Assembly: GCA_002633005.1 (NCBI GenBank)
Contig: NMRA01000707.1
Coordinates: 84,478 to 148,477 of the forward strand
Length of the DNA: 64,000 nt
Direction: 5' to 3'
Source of the DNA: Phoronis australis
Lineage: Eukaryota; Animalia; Phoronida
This document shows, piece after piece, positions 1-12,800 of the stretch. The notes beneath the pieces were generated by a model, which worked only from the letters and a program-made list of their open reading frames with translations, did not search any database and was not told where the DNA came from. The translations under genes were made by a program, and so were the position numbers. Position 1 is the stretch's first letter; every line of letters starts with the position of its first letter.

Positions 1-1459
1 TAACAAAACCTGTCTCAGTAGAAGACTAAGTGCAAATATTGATGCAATTAAAATAAGTTTGCTGACAGTTTGTCTGACTGTGATATTTTGTCGATTTTCT
101 CCAGAAAAAAAAACTGGGCTCGGTTTTATAAAACTTCAAAATTATCCACTGGATAAGTTTGATTGCTGCATGACGTCAGGTGCATTGTTCAAAAATAGCA
201 ACGTGATGCGTGGTAATGAGACGCTATTGTTGCCCAGTTGCATAAAAGTTAACAATGACGCCGCATTATCACGGGCCACGTTATTATTCTCGAACAATGC
301 ACATAACGGCACGCAACAGTCAAACTTATACAGCATATTACTTTGAAATTTTGTGCAAGTGGGCACTGGTGGATAAAATCTCAGGTACAAAAAAAAACAA
401 GCAAAAGCAGACTACAATCATAGTTTTTCTTCTATCAAAGTGCTTGTGAAGAGCTCCGAAACGCTATCTATATCAGTTATACATGTAAGTCTGGACTGAT
501 GTGGCCAACAGGTGGCGAGCAGACCACACTCTGACCCTTACGACATCCTAGACCCGCCAACGCTATGCCTATGTTATAAAGAATGACTCGAAATCTTAGC
601 CATCAATTTTGTATGAAATTTTAAAAACCTAATCATTTTTTAGACAGAAATAAAAAACTCTTTTACCAGAGATACAAAACAACAAAATCTGTTGTACTTT
701 TGTGATTTTATTACCAATGGCGAATCCTCGCTGTTCGCTGCCCTGTATTCGCTGAAATCAAGGAAGGTGTGTTAGTTTACCACGGCTCTGAAGCGTGGAT
801 TTAGGCTCATCTTCAGAGCTATTGTGTGTCCCATGGGTTCGATCCCTCGGTAGTCAATTTCACGCAAAGATTGTCCCCTTAGTAAAAGATATGAGAAAAT
901 GGAGTTTGGTGATTCAGCACTAAGGAGAGAAATGCGTCTACAGCAGATTTGTTACTGTGGAACTCAGCCTTGTCGATAAGCATTGCGCGGCTTGCTTAAA
1001 CAGGTTTGCGTTTAACACGCCAACAAGGATAACAAATAATCGGGGGCAGCCGAAAGATGGCGGACATATGTTATTGGAAGAAAGATTGGCCCCAGTGGCC
1101 AATCTCTTTATCTCTCATCCTGGTCGTTATCTCTGGGAAAATGCAGGAAGGACTGGAAAATGTCCACACTGACAGATTTCATTACGTAATAGTTTGCCCC
1201 CGAGAGACCCACATTTTCTCAATCCCCCGCTTCGTGGTTACCACCGGTGGCTACTAATTTCTAACGGCCAATGTGTGCTGAAATCTGAACGTTTTACTCT
1301 CTTGGGCCACCTTATTCTCCTAGTCTCTTGAAACATGTTGGTAGCTTTTAAAACACGCTAAATTACGTTTGTATGATTGTAGGCTTACCTACATGTATGC
1401 GTGAGTGCGTCTGACCGTGTCACAATGATGTGGTTCAACTCAATTCGAAATGAATAGCG

Positions 1460-1465
1460 TTTATT
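1460..1465 (-). terminator. Putative polyadenylation signal of gene A
   Basis: AATAAA on the minus strand ~125 nt after the stop codon. Paralogue B has one at 9820-9825. Confidence 0.4.
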
Positions 1466-1590
1466 ATTCTCCAATCAACGAAGTACATAACATAAAACAC
1501 GACAACTTCCTCTCAAATAAAGGTCTTCTCAGAATGAAATGACCTCAAATTCCCCCAAAAAATATTACGAACGTCCTCTCATAAGGCCAC

Positions 1591-4500
1591 CTATCGGCCG
1601 ATCAATGTGGTTTCCGGTGGAAGGGAGCAGAAGTTTTGTCGTGTTTTGCAACACTTCTCCCAAAGATTTGGATGTTTGCACTGATCTGCTAATTTCCCGA
1701 CCTTGAAAATGTTGGCACAGTCTGCCACGTTGCCTTTTGCTTCATTGTGGGTGAAAAGAGCAGCCGGAACATCGGCTTTACAGGCTGAAAAGGACGAGAG
1801 GACGTTGTATGCAAGGTAAATCCAAGTGTCTACTCTAATAACCACCCAATGTTTGGAAATCAAAACTTTCAATACAATGTACTTTAGGGCATAAGGTGAC
1901 ACACAACATGTATAGAACACAACTTTTGTATATTTACATCAACCAACTCAATCACCAGTATAAACATCTGAAGTGAGGAAGATTGTGAGATTGACGGAAA
2001 TTCTTTTCAACTTACGGCAGTAGTGAGCCACAGACGCACAGCAATGCTGTTTTATCAAGTGGTGGTCGCAAAGTTGACCTTTGTCGTCTTGAGACAGAAT
2101 TTCTTGACAGGTCATGTCGTTCAAGCGAATGCCAGTTGTGTCTTGATAGCAAGCTGTAAAACGGATATTGCTATCAGGTGCATTTTCCCCGAGTTTCTTC
2201 AAGTAAAAGCTAAAACAGACCCTAGGTTGTAGCGATAACGGTAACCTGGGGCGACAGAAGAAAACCGAAACTGAAGCTAGAGCCAAATTTTCTACATGAA
2301 TCTAAGTCGATGCCGGATTACTCCTCGCGACGACGCATGAGACGAAAAATCACCACTGACGGACGACTAGTTCTTAACAAACTCAACAGACGGAATTCCC
2401 TACTGACTTCTATAGCCATACAAGTACAAGTACACTTCGCCTGTGCTGTTTCGCATAAGACGAATCCCAGTAAGGAGAGACGTCTATACGAATGACAAAA
2501 ATAGTTTCATGACATGACGTAGTTGCAGCTGCAACGGCAAATTGATAAGACAAGTCGTAGATGGCTCATAGAATATCAATGAAAAACCTCGTCTTACTAT
2601 TTAATTCGTTGGTCAGATTCCGGCGGCCGATTTCTAGATTCATAAAAACGTATATGTGGTAATTGTGGACTATTTTACTCACTTTCACAATATCGGCGTC
2701 GCGTCCCACAGCAGTACTTTCTGAGTTGGTCGTTTGCACATGACAAAGCGCCAGTCAGTTGGAAGTATTCGTCACACGTGTAGCCGCTTATTCTCACACC
2801 GTTGGTGTCCGGACAAACTGATAATAGAACATTTAAACTTTTAAAATCTTCCTCAACAAAAATTAGAACCGGTTCCACCATGACGTCCTTGGAAAGACAT
2901 CAATGCATTTTGTTATAAAACAGTTTGGTGACTGAACACAAAAATTAAGAGGGGCAGGTTCTTTTTATCTCAAATTAGACCAATTCCTTGCGAGTGTAGT
3001 TAGATCACGCATGTCTACTTTTATGGACAACGAATGAAATCGCCATGCAAATGTTTGCAGACGGCATGTAATACACTCGATTCGCTCCTCGCTTCAAATA
3101 AAATATGCCAAGTTAGCTTAGTACCTGCAGGGAAACCAACCCAAAACCCACACACGGAAAGGCTATACACGCTTGCATGTTCAAAGGGTTAATTTCGCAT
3201 CATAGGTACGAGATTCGTGAAAAGAGACAATTCCAAGCAAAGCACGTGATCTTACCCGTTCGTATACCTGACTTGCGGACGAACACTTGGACGTGAATCT
3301 GTTATGCCGCTGTCTAACCTACTATAAATTGCGGGAGTCCGAGACAACAGTGATATACTTGGCTGTGACGTTCAGTTTCAAGCTCAGTGTGAACTTATTT
3401 TAGATCAGAGCTTGTGGTTATTTCAAGAGTTATAAAATGCACAAGTCATTTATGTATTCATTCAGTGAAATCCCTTACGTTCGCAGTGCCTATGACGAGT
3501 TGCGCAACATTTTTGTTTCAGTTCATCGTGACCGCAGAAAGCTCCCCCTGTCTTTAAGAACAGCGCAACGCAAGACAAGCCCGTGTATTTTGTCCCAGTC
3601 GACTTTTCCGTTATGGAGAAGCTGGCCGTTGGATCGTCCGTGCACTCTGAAATTATAAACTAAATGTAGGCAAATATTTCTCCTACAAAACATTCCTAAA
3701 CTTAATCGACCCATAGTTATGGAGGAGACGCCTCGTTGATTATGGCGTTTGTGAGGAAATTGATTTCAGATATACCACAAGCTTTCATTGTACTATGGGT
3801 TCGCTTCTAATGTTTATTGCAGTCTTTTTAGATTTTTTCGAGAATGTAACTCGTTGAAGCACCACTGGACATGGGTTATCATTATTTACAATAAGAGTAT
3901 GAGGGAAAACAGTATGGTTGGCTAAAATACCATCTGTTGCAAAAGGAGTGCTCGAACATGGGTTCGGATGAAAGGATAAACAACAGGAGGGAAGATGGGG
4001 TGAGGAAAAAAAGGCTAAGAAGAAAAAGGGAGGTGATGAAAAAATAGGAAATGGGTGAGATGCGATATGGAATAAATGGCGCTATTGACGCTAGAAGTGG
4101 AGAGTAGAATTGTGCTAACACGAAACGGGTTCCGACGTTCCGCCGGGACGGTCTTAACTTTCAAACTTACAGAGCACGAAGACAAAGAAATTGACAAGCA
4201 TGAGAAACCAGAAGACGAAAAAGACCAACACTTACGCGAGGAGGACTGTCGTCGTTCTCTGGCGACCTCGACTTTCACATCGTCACTGTACATGGCTTCG
4301 GGCGCATACGTAACCTCAATTTCTGTAACATCCATAAAGAATTTCAATATTGAGACGTTAATTGTGTGCTCTGTAAAATTCACAACACTATACCCTATTT
4401 TTGAAAACATTTTTTGTGTCAGTGTGAGCGTCGCGAAACACAGTTTCGACTGCTGGTACGCACCGACTCGGAGAACTTGATTGTTTGCAGGGGTGGTAAT

Positions 4501-5884
4501 CAACATCATGTGCACTTTGAAAAACACCTGGCACTAACTGCATAAAAGATGCGACTACTTTGGTGTAACCATAAATTATAGTACATGCACTGCCAACTCT
4601 GTGTATTCCTAATGCAAGAGGTATGTGACCTTGCGTAAAAGTGCCAACACCCTTGTTCGCTAGCGGCACCTGTCGAGCTGGAGAGCCCGGCATGTACATT
4701 AGCACCGTGTGATTGTTTGTTGTGCGTTTAGTGCTTGTATTATGTAGTTAGTCTTAATGAGCTATTGCTAAAATACTCACAGCATCAATTTTCAATGCTG
4801 AAATGTTATCGTTGGCATTGCTAAGACGCAGAACGAAAGTACCATAATATCCCGTCCCAACGCACATATCCGGAAGTTTCGACTGGGATCCGAAATTAGT
4901 GACGCCTCCGCAGAGAGTTTCCTGCTGTTTGTGACCTGTGATCTAGGTTCTAGCAACACAGCATTTCGATTTTAATCTAATTTGTGGTAAGAAAGTGGTG
5001 CATTTTGGGAGTGTTTTGAGTTCACAAAAAGATGGCTGCAACATGTGCTTCAGTGGTACGGTGATTTTGGTGGGAATTACATGTGCAGATATGTAGCCTG
5101 CTGATGACATGGGTGGCAGACCGTGAGGGCTGGGGGGCTATAGCCCCTTCTTATTTTAGCCCATTTTTAGTACCCTTTATCGTCACCAATGTCATCTCAA
5201 AACACTACTGAGTCACAAATTAAGGTTTTTAGTGGACATCGTAATGTAAAATGTGAAAACTGACACGTTCACATGACGTGATTAGTGTAAACGTCACGTA
5301 CCTTCGTCGAACTCTTCGGCAGGTTCGAAAGTAATCATCACCTACAACAAGTTAAGATATCAATATAAATATCAATTTACTGAGTGTTGCATTATGCAGT
5401 TCATCATTTAAAAAGCAATAGTAAAATAAGGGCAACACAAACAGGGCTGAAAGTTACGAAACCAAGGGTCAATTTCTAAGGAAAACTTATTGAGACTAGC
5501 TGCTCGATAGTGCATTGGTCTGCTTGTTTTTACGGAAGGTTCTATGTGACAAATGCTATGCACTGTATCTAAAAAGTGCTTGATGGCGGTAAGTACGTGA
5601 GTGACTCAACCCCGGAAGAGTGTGAGACCGACAGGTATACCGAGAGACATAATGAATAGTTAAAGTTTTTCTAAATGTGTTGGCAAAATACTTGCATTTC
5701 CGAGTCCAAATCTTCTAATGTTACTAATCCCCAAAATAACTCAAATGGCAAGTCATATGTACAACATGTATTTCTAGTTTGCTTCATGGTCAAATTATGA
5801 CGAATAACATTAAAGCTCCCGCCTTACCTCATTTTCAGCTGTTACCGGCCCAACCAACAGGAGCAACAATGCGAATGGCAACAT
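1591..5884 (-). CDS. Gene A: secreted prepro-protein (~272 aa) with four tandem 6-Cys modules, a furin site and a C-terminal amidation signal
   Basis: Seven GT-AG coding exons: 5884-5828 (MLPFALLLLLVGPVTA-ENE, signal peptide), 5341-5302 (VMITFEPAEEFDE), 4322-4236 (EIEVTYAPEAMYSDDVKVEVARERRQSSS), 3646-3479 (CTDDPTASFSITEKSTGTKYTGLSCVALFLKTGGAFCGHDELKQKCCATRHRHCE), 2817-2683 (CPDTNGVRISGYTCDEYFQLTGALSCANDQLRKYCCGTRRRYCE), 2153-2016 (CYQDTTGIRLNDMTCQEILSQDDKGQLCDHHLIKQHCCASVAHYC), 1784-1591 (CKADVPAALFTHNEAKGNVADCANIFKVGKLADQCKHPNLWEKCCKTRQNFCSLPPETTLIGR*). Phases are compatible (819 nt in total), and the last five exons match paralogue B in size and motif. Confidence 0.88.
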
Positions 5885-6342
5885 GGCGTCAACAGGGTTT
5901 TCTGGATGAGGATACAAGAATAGAACGGTGAGTTATATGAACTTCGAAGAAGAAAGATGTGATCACCACTCTTGACACCTAAACGGCAAAACCAAGTCAG
6001 TGACTGCCGCTGTATGTTAGATTTTCGCAGCCTACACCGTAGAAGTTCACTGTGCTTTATATTTTTAAGTCAACATCTGTATCAGCTTTGCAGCTTCAAT
6101 AAAAAGTGAAACGCAGGCATTTTAATTTACTTTTTCACTATTTTGTTTAACCTTTAACAATCAATGCGTATAGCATGTGGCACTTCTAGTTGATGAAACT
6201 TGCCTTGGTTAAACATACCCACTTACACAGACACAGATCTGATTTAAGAAAGGTTGAAAGTGATTAAGTTTGGCAAAGCTGTCAAATAGTCTATCATGAG
6301 ATACATGTAGGTAGACGAAGGTGAGAATCGTCGAATACTTAC

Positions 6343-6457
6343 AGTGTCTTGTCTTAAAGCTTCTTAAAGTGTGCCTTTGCTTCGAGTCTTAGTTCTGATT
6401 TTTGCTTGCAGTTAGGCGCCTTTTATAGCGTGAATTAGCAACAACGCAGTTGCGCAA
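6343..6457 (-). promoter_or_regulatory. Probable promoter and non-coding exon 1 of gene A (TATA box, Inr-like start, C/EBP palindrome)
   Basis: Minus-strand TATAAAA at 6427-6421, 31 nt before an Inr-like TCAGAAC (A at 6396). A ~54-nt exon ends at a GTAAGT donor (6342). TTGCGCAA at 6450-6457. Confidence 0.6.
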
Positions 6458-8336
6458 ATGTTATTTCCCTCCCGAGGCAGATTCACTATCTACAAAAAAA
6501 AACATCGAAATTCTGTAAATTTCCTGGTGTCGAGAACGATAACCGTGTGAAATGACAGGGGTCAACATGTAAACAAAAGTGATATTCTCGGTAACATTTG
6601 ATGATTTAGGTTCAACACTGCTATTTTACTAAGTTTATGAAAGTGCACACGAAAGCCCCCACGAGATTGCGTTTAAGCAAAACAGTTCCTTTTGCTTGCA
6701 AGTGCACCACTTTTTCGAAAATTCCGTGACCACTTTCCTGGTCTGTCTTTCACGAAATCGTTGTATTCAGGAACTTAAAGCGGTTATAAAGACGTGTTCC
6801 GTGTATTAATGGAATTTTTATAGAATTGGTCTTTCGCCATTACATATATTGAGAAGTTGTTTCTGTGCTCTTTTTGCCCATACTCTGCGCATGAAATGAC
6901 ACGCCTTCACCAACCAAGTTGAAGATTTTGGTTGCTAAAATATGTCTATCGAATCCCTCCAATTTCATTTATCTTGACTTTAGAGTAACTTGACCAGTAA
7001 AAGCTCCATATCAAACGTTGTTCCCTGCCATGGAAGGCGGGTTTAAGCCCCTTCATTCAAACTCCAATACAAGTATTAGACTGCGTTACGAAAGTTTGCC
7101 AACTTCAATTTCAAACATTCCCGAATGTGCTGGATATAATTTTTCTCTATGGAAGTAGGAGACAGGAGTTATGTGTATTACAGTTCAATGGAAGCTGTTT
7201 TCTTAAAAAAAATATTCGTGAATAGATCGGCGAACTAATGCCGCCATTTTATATTTTGTTTTTACGTCTCTTTGTGACATTCTGTATAGTTATTCTCTGG
7301 AGGATCGACAAAATGTACCGAAAATTGGAAAGAGTATGAATAACAGTTGCCAACAGTACTGACGTGTATCCAGTAAATTCCGTCAGTAGAAACTTATGTG
7401 CACTGTAAGTGTTCCGCCATTTTGGAATAAAAAATTGTTGACAGTTTGTTATCCAGTGTAATTTTAGCCCATTGATGTAGACAAACAACAGGTGGGTACC
7501 CTCACAGGTACATACCGTCAAAAATTACAAACGACCCTGGACGTCACCCAACCTCCTTTGGTCTAGATTTTTAGCAATTTAGTCACCGTGAACCCTGTTT
7601 AATTTAACACGTAACTGTTTTAATTGTTTCCGTATATGTGGTATACACCTCTCAATATCACGAATTCTAAACGCAGGTATGCCAATGATATTGCTGTCGT
7701 TACATAATAAGAGTTTATTTGTAAATTCTGCAACTATCCTGTCTTTGTTGTTGACAGGCGGGCAGATCTCGAATCTGACGGGCAAAATTTGCAACTTCAG
7801 GCGCGGCGGCACCGTATTTACATCTCAACATTATTCTTGATCTTTGGGAGAGTATACGTTTTCGATACTCTCGCACAACACTGCGTTGCAACACTTGACC
7901 AGAAACTTAATTGTCCATTGTTTTGCGTCTCATATGTACTAACTGCATTTTAGTAGGTAGTTGCCATAGTTTGTATGGGTACACCTTTTCAATCTTAGGC
8001 AAATTTCAGTGTTGCATTGGTGCCAGTGATGCCTTTGGTGGAGTGTTTTGTTCATGACTTATTCATTCCCGGGTTGTCTGACAAAGTCCGCTAAAACGCG
8101 GACGGAAATTTTGGGGAACGTGCAATAACCAAAGTGTCTCAGTGAAAAGCAAGATACATGTATGTCTAAGTCTAAGACGCCGCATGAACCACGCGATTTT
8201 GGATGAGGTTCTTGCCGCGAGGTACTGCACGCTCCCTATAAAAAGTATGTTACAAATCTCTAGCTTTGTCATTAAGATTAATGGCAGGCCCTCCCCACCT
8301 GAACACATGAAGCTGCTACTCATGAAAGGTGCTGCA

Positions 8337-8999
8337 CATGACAGTGTTTTACCGGTCAGTGAGTTTACCAGACGAAGGGATTCTGAGCGTGTGATAACAT
8401 CTAATGGGCGGCGCAGCACTGAAAAAAAGTGTGGGGGAGCTGAAGCCCCCTCAGCCCCCTTGTGGTGCACCGCCTATAGACCATGGGTGGCGTAGCACTG
8501 AAAAAAGTGGGGGGGCTGTAGCCCCCCAGCCTCTTATGGTGCGCCACCCATGCATCTAGCTTCTTTGTTCACTGCCAAGCAAAGTTTTTTGCCTGTTATG
8601 ACAACAGTCTTATTACAGACCACGTGTGAACACCCTCAAACCCAAAGCGAATAGGTAGGAAGGATAGATTATCGTAACTGCGGTTGCAGTTGGGCGATTT
8701 TGGCGATTCAAGATCTAAACAGGATCACCATTAGACGAGGATTTCAGAAATGTTATCGGTTTATGTTCAAATATGTTATAAATTAACTTGCATTTTTAAC
8801 AGCTCAGCCCAGTCAGGGTAGATACGATCTTTTTAAGATTAGAGCACTTAGCGAACAAAAGAGAGCTGGCCCTCCAACCACGAATTCCAGAATGGAGTTA
8901 ATCAGTCGAATAAGATATTGGCTGCAGGGGTAAACTTCCCAATTTGTTGTTGGGCTACAGAATCGAACAAATTGGGAGCAACGCAAAATCGCCGTAATG
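8337..8999 (+). mobile_element. Non-autonomous DNA transposon (MITE family 1), copy 1, with a nested insertion
   Basis: Shares blocks such as ttacagaccacgtgtgaaca, ttggcgattcaa, cagcccagtcagggtagatac and ggccctccaacc with three other copies. Degenerate TIR approximating CATKACRGCGTTTTCCCGTT. Confidence 0.8.
8404..8552 (+). mobile_element. Tandem pair of ~70-bp hairpin mini-elements inserted into the MITE
   Basis: Two similar units (atgggYggcgYagcactgaaaaaa...ggggctgWagcccc...gtgcRccRccYat) flanked by a catcta duplication (8398-8403 and 8553-8558). The copy at ~36078 has only a single catct. Related units at ~5108-5150 and ~25030-25080. Confidence 0.7.
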
Positions 9000-9868
9000 A
9001 GCACTACTTACCTATACAAGCATACTTTTTTAAAACTTCGGTTGATCCTTCGAGAAATGTAGGAGGAATCACAGGGAGAAGAGTTATATTTCCAGTACAT
9101 ATACGTAGGGAAACAAGGATACTAAGACACACTGCAGGCGCTATCCATTGACCTTTGACGAAGGATAAAATCTTGCTAAGATGAACAATGAAATTGAAAT
9201 TGCCTGAGTAAGTTACATGACAATGAGTCCATTTCGTACGTAATGGTGAAAAAATGGTGAACTACTAATCGTTCAAAAAACGAAAAATTGCTTTTCTCAA
9301 AATGTAAAATGTCGATGTTGCCTCCGGCAAGGATTCAAACCCACGACCTCAGCGGTGCCGGCCGCCCGACGCTATTAAAGTCAAGTTAAACGTAGAAAGT
9401 AGCCGTGTATTTTGATTGCCAACATACATTGTATAAGGCCAGGTGTTATTCAATTCTACTGAATGACAGGAAGCCAACAACTGGAATCGCGGATTTCTAA
9501 ATAAATCACAGAAACACAACGGAATGGCTGCTCGGAGTCAATAACTTCACGAAGTCACGGTGCTACCCACAGTTCATGTATTAATTGGTCCTTAAAACAA
9601 ACGCAACCTCGAAAAATGAACGTACCTGTCCACTCTTATTTGGTTCTTGAATTAGTTGTGTCACACATAAGTACATGTACCACGATTATACATATTGGGA
9701 TGTAATATTTTGATTTCTCTTTAGTGCACTGTACGAGTGAACTTTGGATTGACAGAATAGTTGTAGGTGATAAATCAAACAAACAGCTATTTTTCTTGAT
9801 TCTTTCTTATTTGATTCAATTTATTACCAATTCGGAAAAATTGCAGACGATACTTGAAGAGGTGCCAT

Positions 9869-12800
9869 CTATCGGCCGATCAAACTTGTTTCCGGTGGTG
9901 TCTCGCAGTAGTGCTGGCGAGTTTTGCAGCATTTCTCCCAGGCGTTGGGGTGCTTGCAAGTGTCAACAAGGTTTCCAACAGTAAATATCGAAGCACAGTT
10001 CGCCAAATTACCCTTCGCGTTACCGTGGAAGAAAAGGGCTCCAGGAACGTCTGCTTTGCAGGCTACAAGAAGAGTTCGAAACCAAATGGATTTGGTGTTA
10101 TACCAGGGGAACGTTTCAAGAAAAATGATTAAGACTTCTGAGTCTTAAAAAAACTTAAAAACAAATCTAAGTTATAACTGACAATCGAGCTAGGTGAAGA
10201 TCGAAGACAAAAATTCAGAAAAGGCTGTTTTTGGTCTTACCAGAGGAGAGCTTACTAACTACGCATTTGTCACCTAATGCGAATCCAGACAAGTACACTC
10301 GGTGGAGTGCAACTAAATACGGGGTCAACAACAACATTAGTCTTGAAACTCTAATTTTTACAACATTTCGGATGCAATTGGGATGCGATTACATGAGAAC
10401 GTACAAATGGAAAACACCTCTTTACTGAGGTGTGCAGATAAGTATCACTGCCTTTGGCGGTTCTCGAATCGAAAGCAAACTATCTTTACTTGAACATTGC
10501 TTGGGCCCATTAGATTGTAAAACTCAAGGACAAATATCAATAAAATTTGTTCCTTACGAATTCATGTATAATGGTGGTGGTAAGTAGTAAATTTTGGTCA
10601 TTTAGAGAAAAATCCGATCATAATTCTTCTGGCAGCAGCATATATATATAAAACTTTCGGTTTCAACTAATAGACCGTCTTTGGCCTCACTTTTGGTCTT
10701 GTTGGTTGTAAATCATAAGTGCTACATTAAGTCTATTAAAAATTCTTGCAAAAAAACTTAACACAGGGTCCTGCCAGACAGGCCAAACCATAGAACACAT
10801 TACAATACATGTATATGTCAGTGTATAACGTCACGAGACCAACTTACGACAATAGTGAGCGACTGAGGCGCAGCAGTGTTGTTTTATCAGATGATGGTCA
10901 CAGAGTTGCGCTTTGTCACTTTTGGAAAGCACCTCTTTACAAGTCATGTCATTTATGCGTATTCCAGTGGTATCCTGATAACAGGCTTCAATGGAAGAAA
11001 CAAATACGAAGTTAAACCACCAAAATGGGTCAAAAGACTTTTTACGGCAGGATCATAGCTCAGACAGTAGGTAGAGTTACCACGTAGGTATTATTTCAGC
11101 CAGTGCATGTACGTATACAGTAGTCGCATAAATATCAATACAAATTTTTCTTCGGCCTAAGGTCGTAAGGATTAGCGGGGTTACGTTCGTCTCCAATGCC
11201 TCCGGGAAGGCAGATAGCGCACGTAAAGTACACCACAACACCACACAAACACCAAAGAGTTATTAAACCCTGTCTTGGTGATTTCAATCAAAGCGAGCTC
11301 TATCACCAAACATTGGACTAGTAACCTTTTCTCAGTGAGCTATGAAAGCATTCATACCTTAAAAATACCACAGCACAATTGTGATCACGTTCTTCTCATG
11401 TAATGACATGGCGACAATTCACGAAGTCTTGTGTTTTCGCGTTTAAGGAAGCTACTACGTTTTATATAGTATTCATGTCGGCTTCTGCAAATTTGGTAAT
11501 TAGATTATTAAAACTACACTTATTTAAAAGTCACTTAGTCATACATGTGCATCACACCTACGAACACAGAAGCACATACAAACCGATTACTCACTTTCGC
11601 AATATCGCCGCCTCGAGCCGCAGCAGTGCTGTCTCAGTTTGTCTATGGCGCACGACTGTGAGCCAGTAAGTTGGAAAAATTCATCGCATGTATAACCATT
11701 CACTAACGTGCCTGGAAAGTCGGGGCAAACTGAAAAAAATAAGACCAGCATGGTTGTAATGGCATCGTCCTCATCATTTTCATTGTTGTCGACACTACCA
11801 ACACCTCGCCACAGCCTCAAGCATCACAACCACCATGACACCTCCAATACCCTCACCGCCAGAACCACAATCACAGCCACCGCGACCACGAAACGACGAC
11901 CACTACGACAATCGTGACAGCGACAACGATAACAGCAGCAGCAGCAGCAAAAACAGCAACAACACTAACAGCATCAGAAGCAGCAGCAGGAGCAGCAGCA
12001 GCAAGAACAGCAACAATAACAACAACAACAGCAACAGAATAACACGACCACCACGCCAGTGCCACCACCTCGTAATCTCAACTACCTTCGCCACCAAACA
12101 CGTGCTTCTGTTTCGACTAATCCTATTTATTAGGGAATTTTACGCTTATGGGATTTTCGGCGCAAGTGGACGAGAAAACGTGTGGTCACACTCTGACATA
12201 GGTGTCGGGGTAACAAAATCCCAACTGCGTTATACATGTGCATGTAGCTGTTCATGTACTTACGCTCGCAGTGCCTGTGTCGTGTAGCACAACATCTCTT
12301 CTCAAGCTCTTTGTGGCCGCAGAACCCGATCCCTGTTCTAAGGAAGAACGCAACACAAGAAACGTTCTTGATTTGCTGGCCTGTTTCCTTCAAAGTAACG
12401 GTGATACTTGTGGTGGGGTCATCAGTACACTCTGAAATCGTACGAAACTATAGCGTGAATGCCACGGTGAACTGTCAAATAGCACGCATGTGGATTTCTT
12501 GTCATCACTAAATTGTTACCACGAGCTCTAAAACGATTGCGCACTCCCCGGTAGTCAGACGTATCAACATTATATGACCGGAACAAAAACGGTTACGTTC
12601 ACAACAGGTTGCTTCACAGGAATACATTGCAGCTAGGCCTACTACATTGTATACCAGTTAAACCAATCTAAGCTAACGAAACATTCCGTGTTAGCATACT
12701 TACCCCCAAAACCTACGCAACGTATATGTGAAGGTTATCTTAAACATGACGGGAAACCAACCGGCTCAGAGTCAGTTTTGAGAGTGTCACTTAACCCGTC

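Noticed and set aside
440-470. Hammerhead-like gtgaagag...cgaaac
   Set aside because: The core lacks CUGA and no flanking helices were found.
780-860. Possible tRNA gene (also ~9320-9365 and ~46600)
   Set aside because: Only a B-box/T-arm; no acceptor or anticodon stems could be folded.
3254-3330. Candidate extra exon between modules 1 and 2 of gene A
   Set aside because: No acceptor gives a stop-free phase 1-1 exon.
4781-4797. Candidate 17-nt microexon in gene A
   Set aside because: Phase 1->0 breaks the frame; the model is complete without it and B has no counterpart.
6600-8040. Possible decayed transposon coding sequence (also 35300-36000, 47750-48150, 58500-60060)
   Set aside because: Stop-rich translations with no motif I can identify confidently.
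11708-12287. Ser/Asn-rich, poly-Leu and poly-Val/Ala ORFs
   Set aside because: Artefacts of a trinucleotide tract in an intron of gene B.
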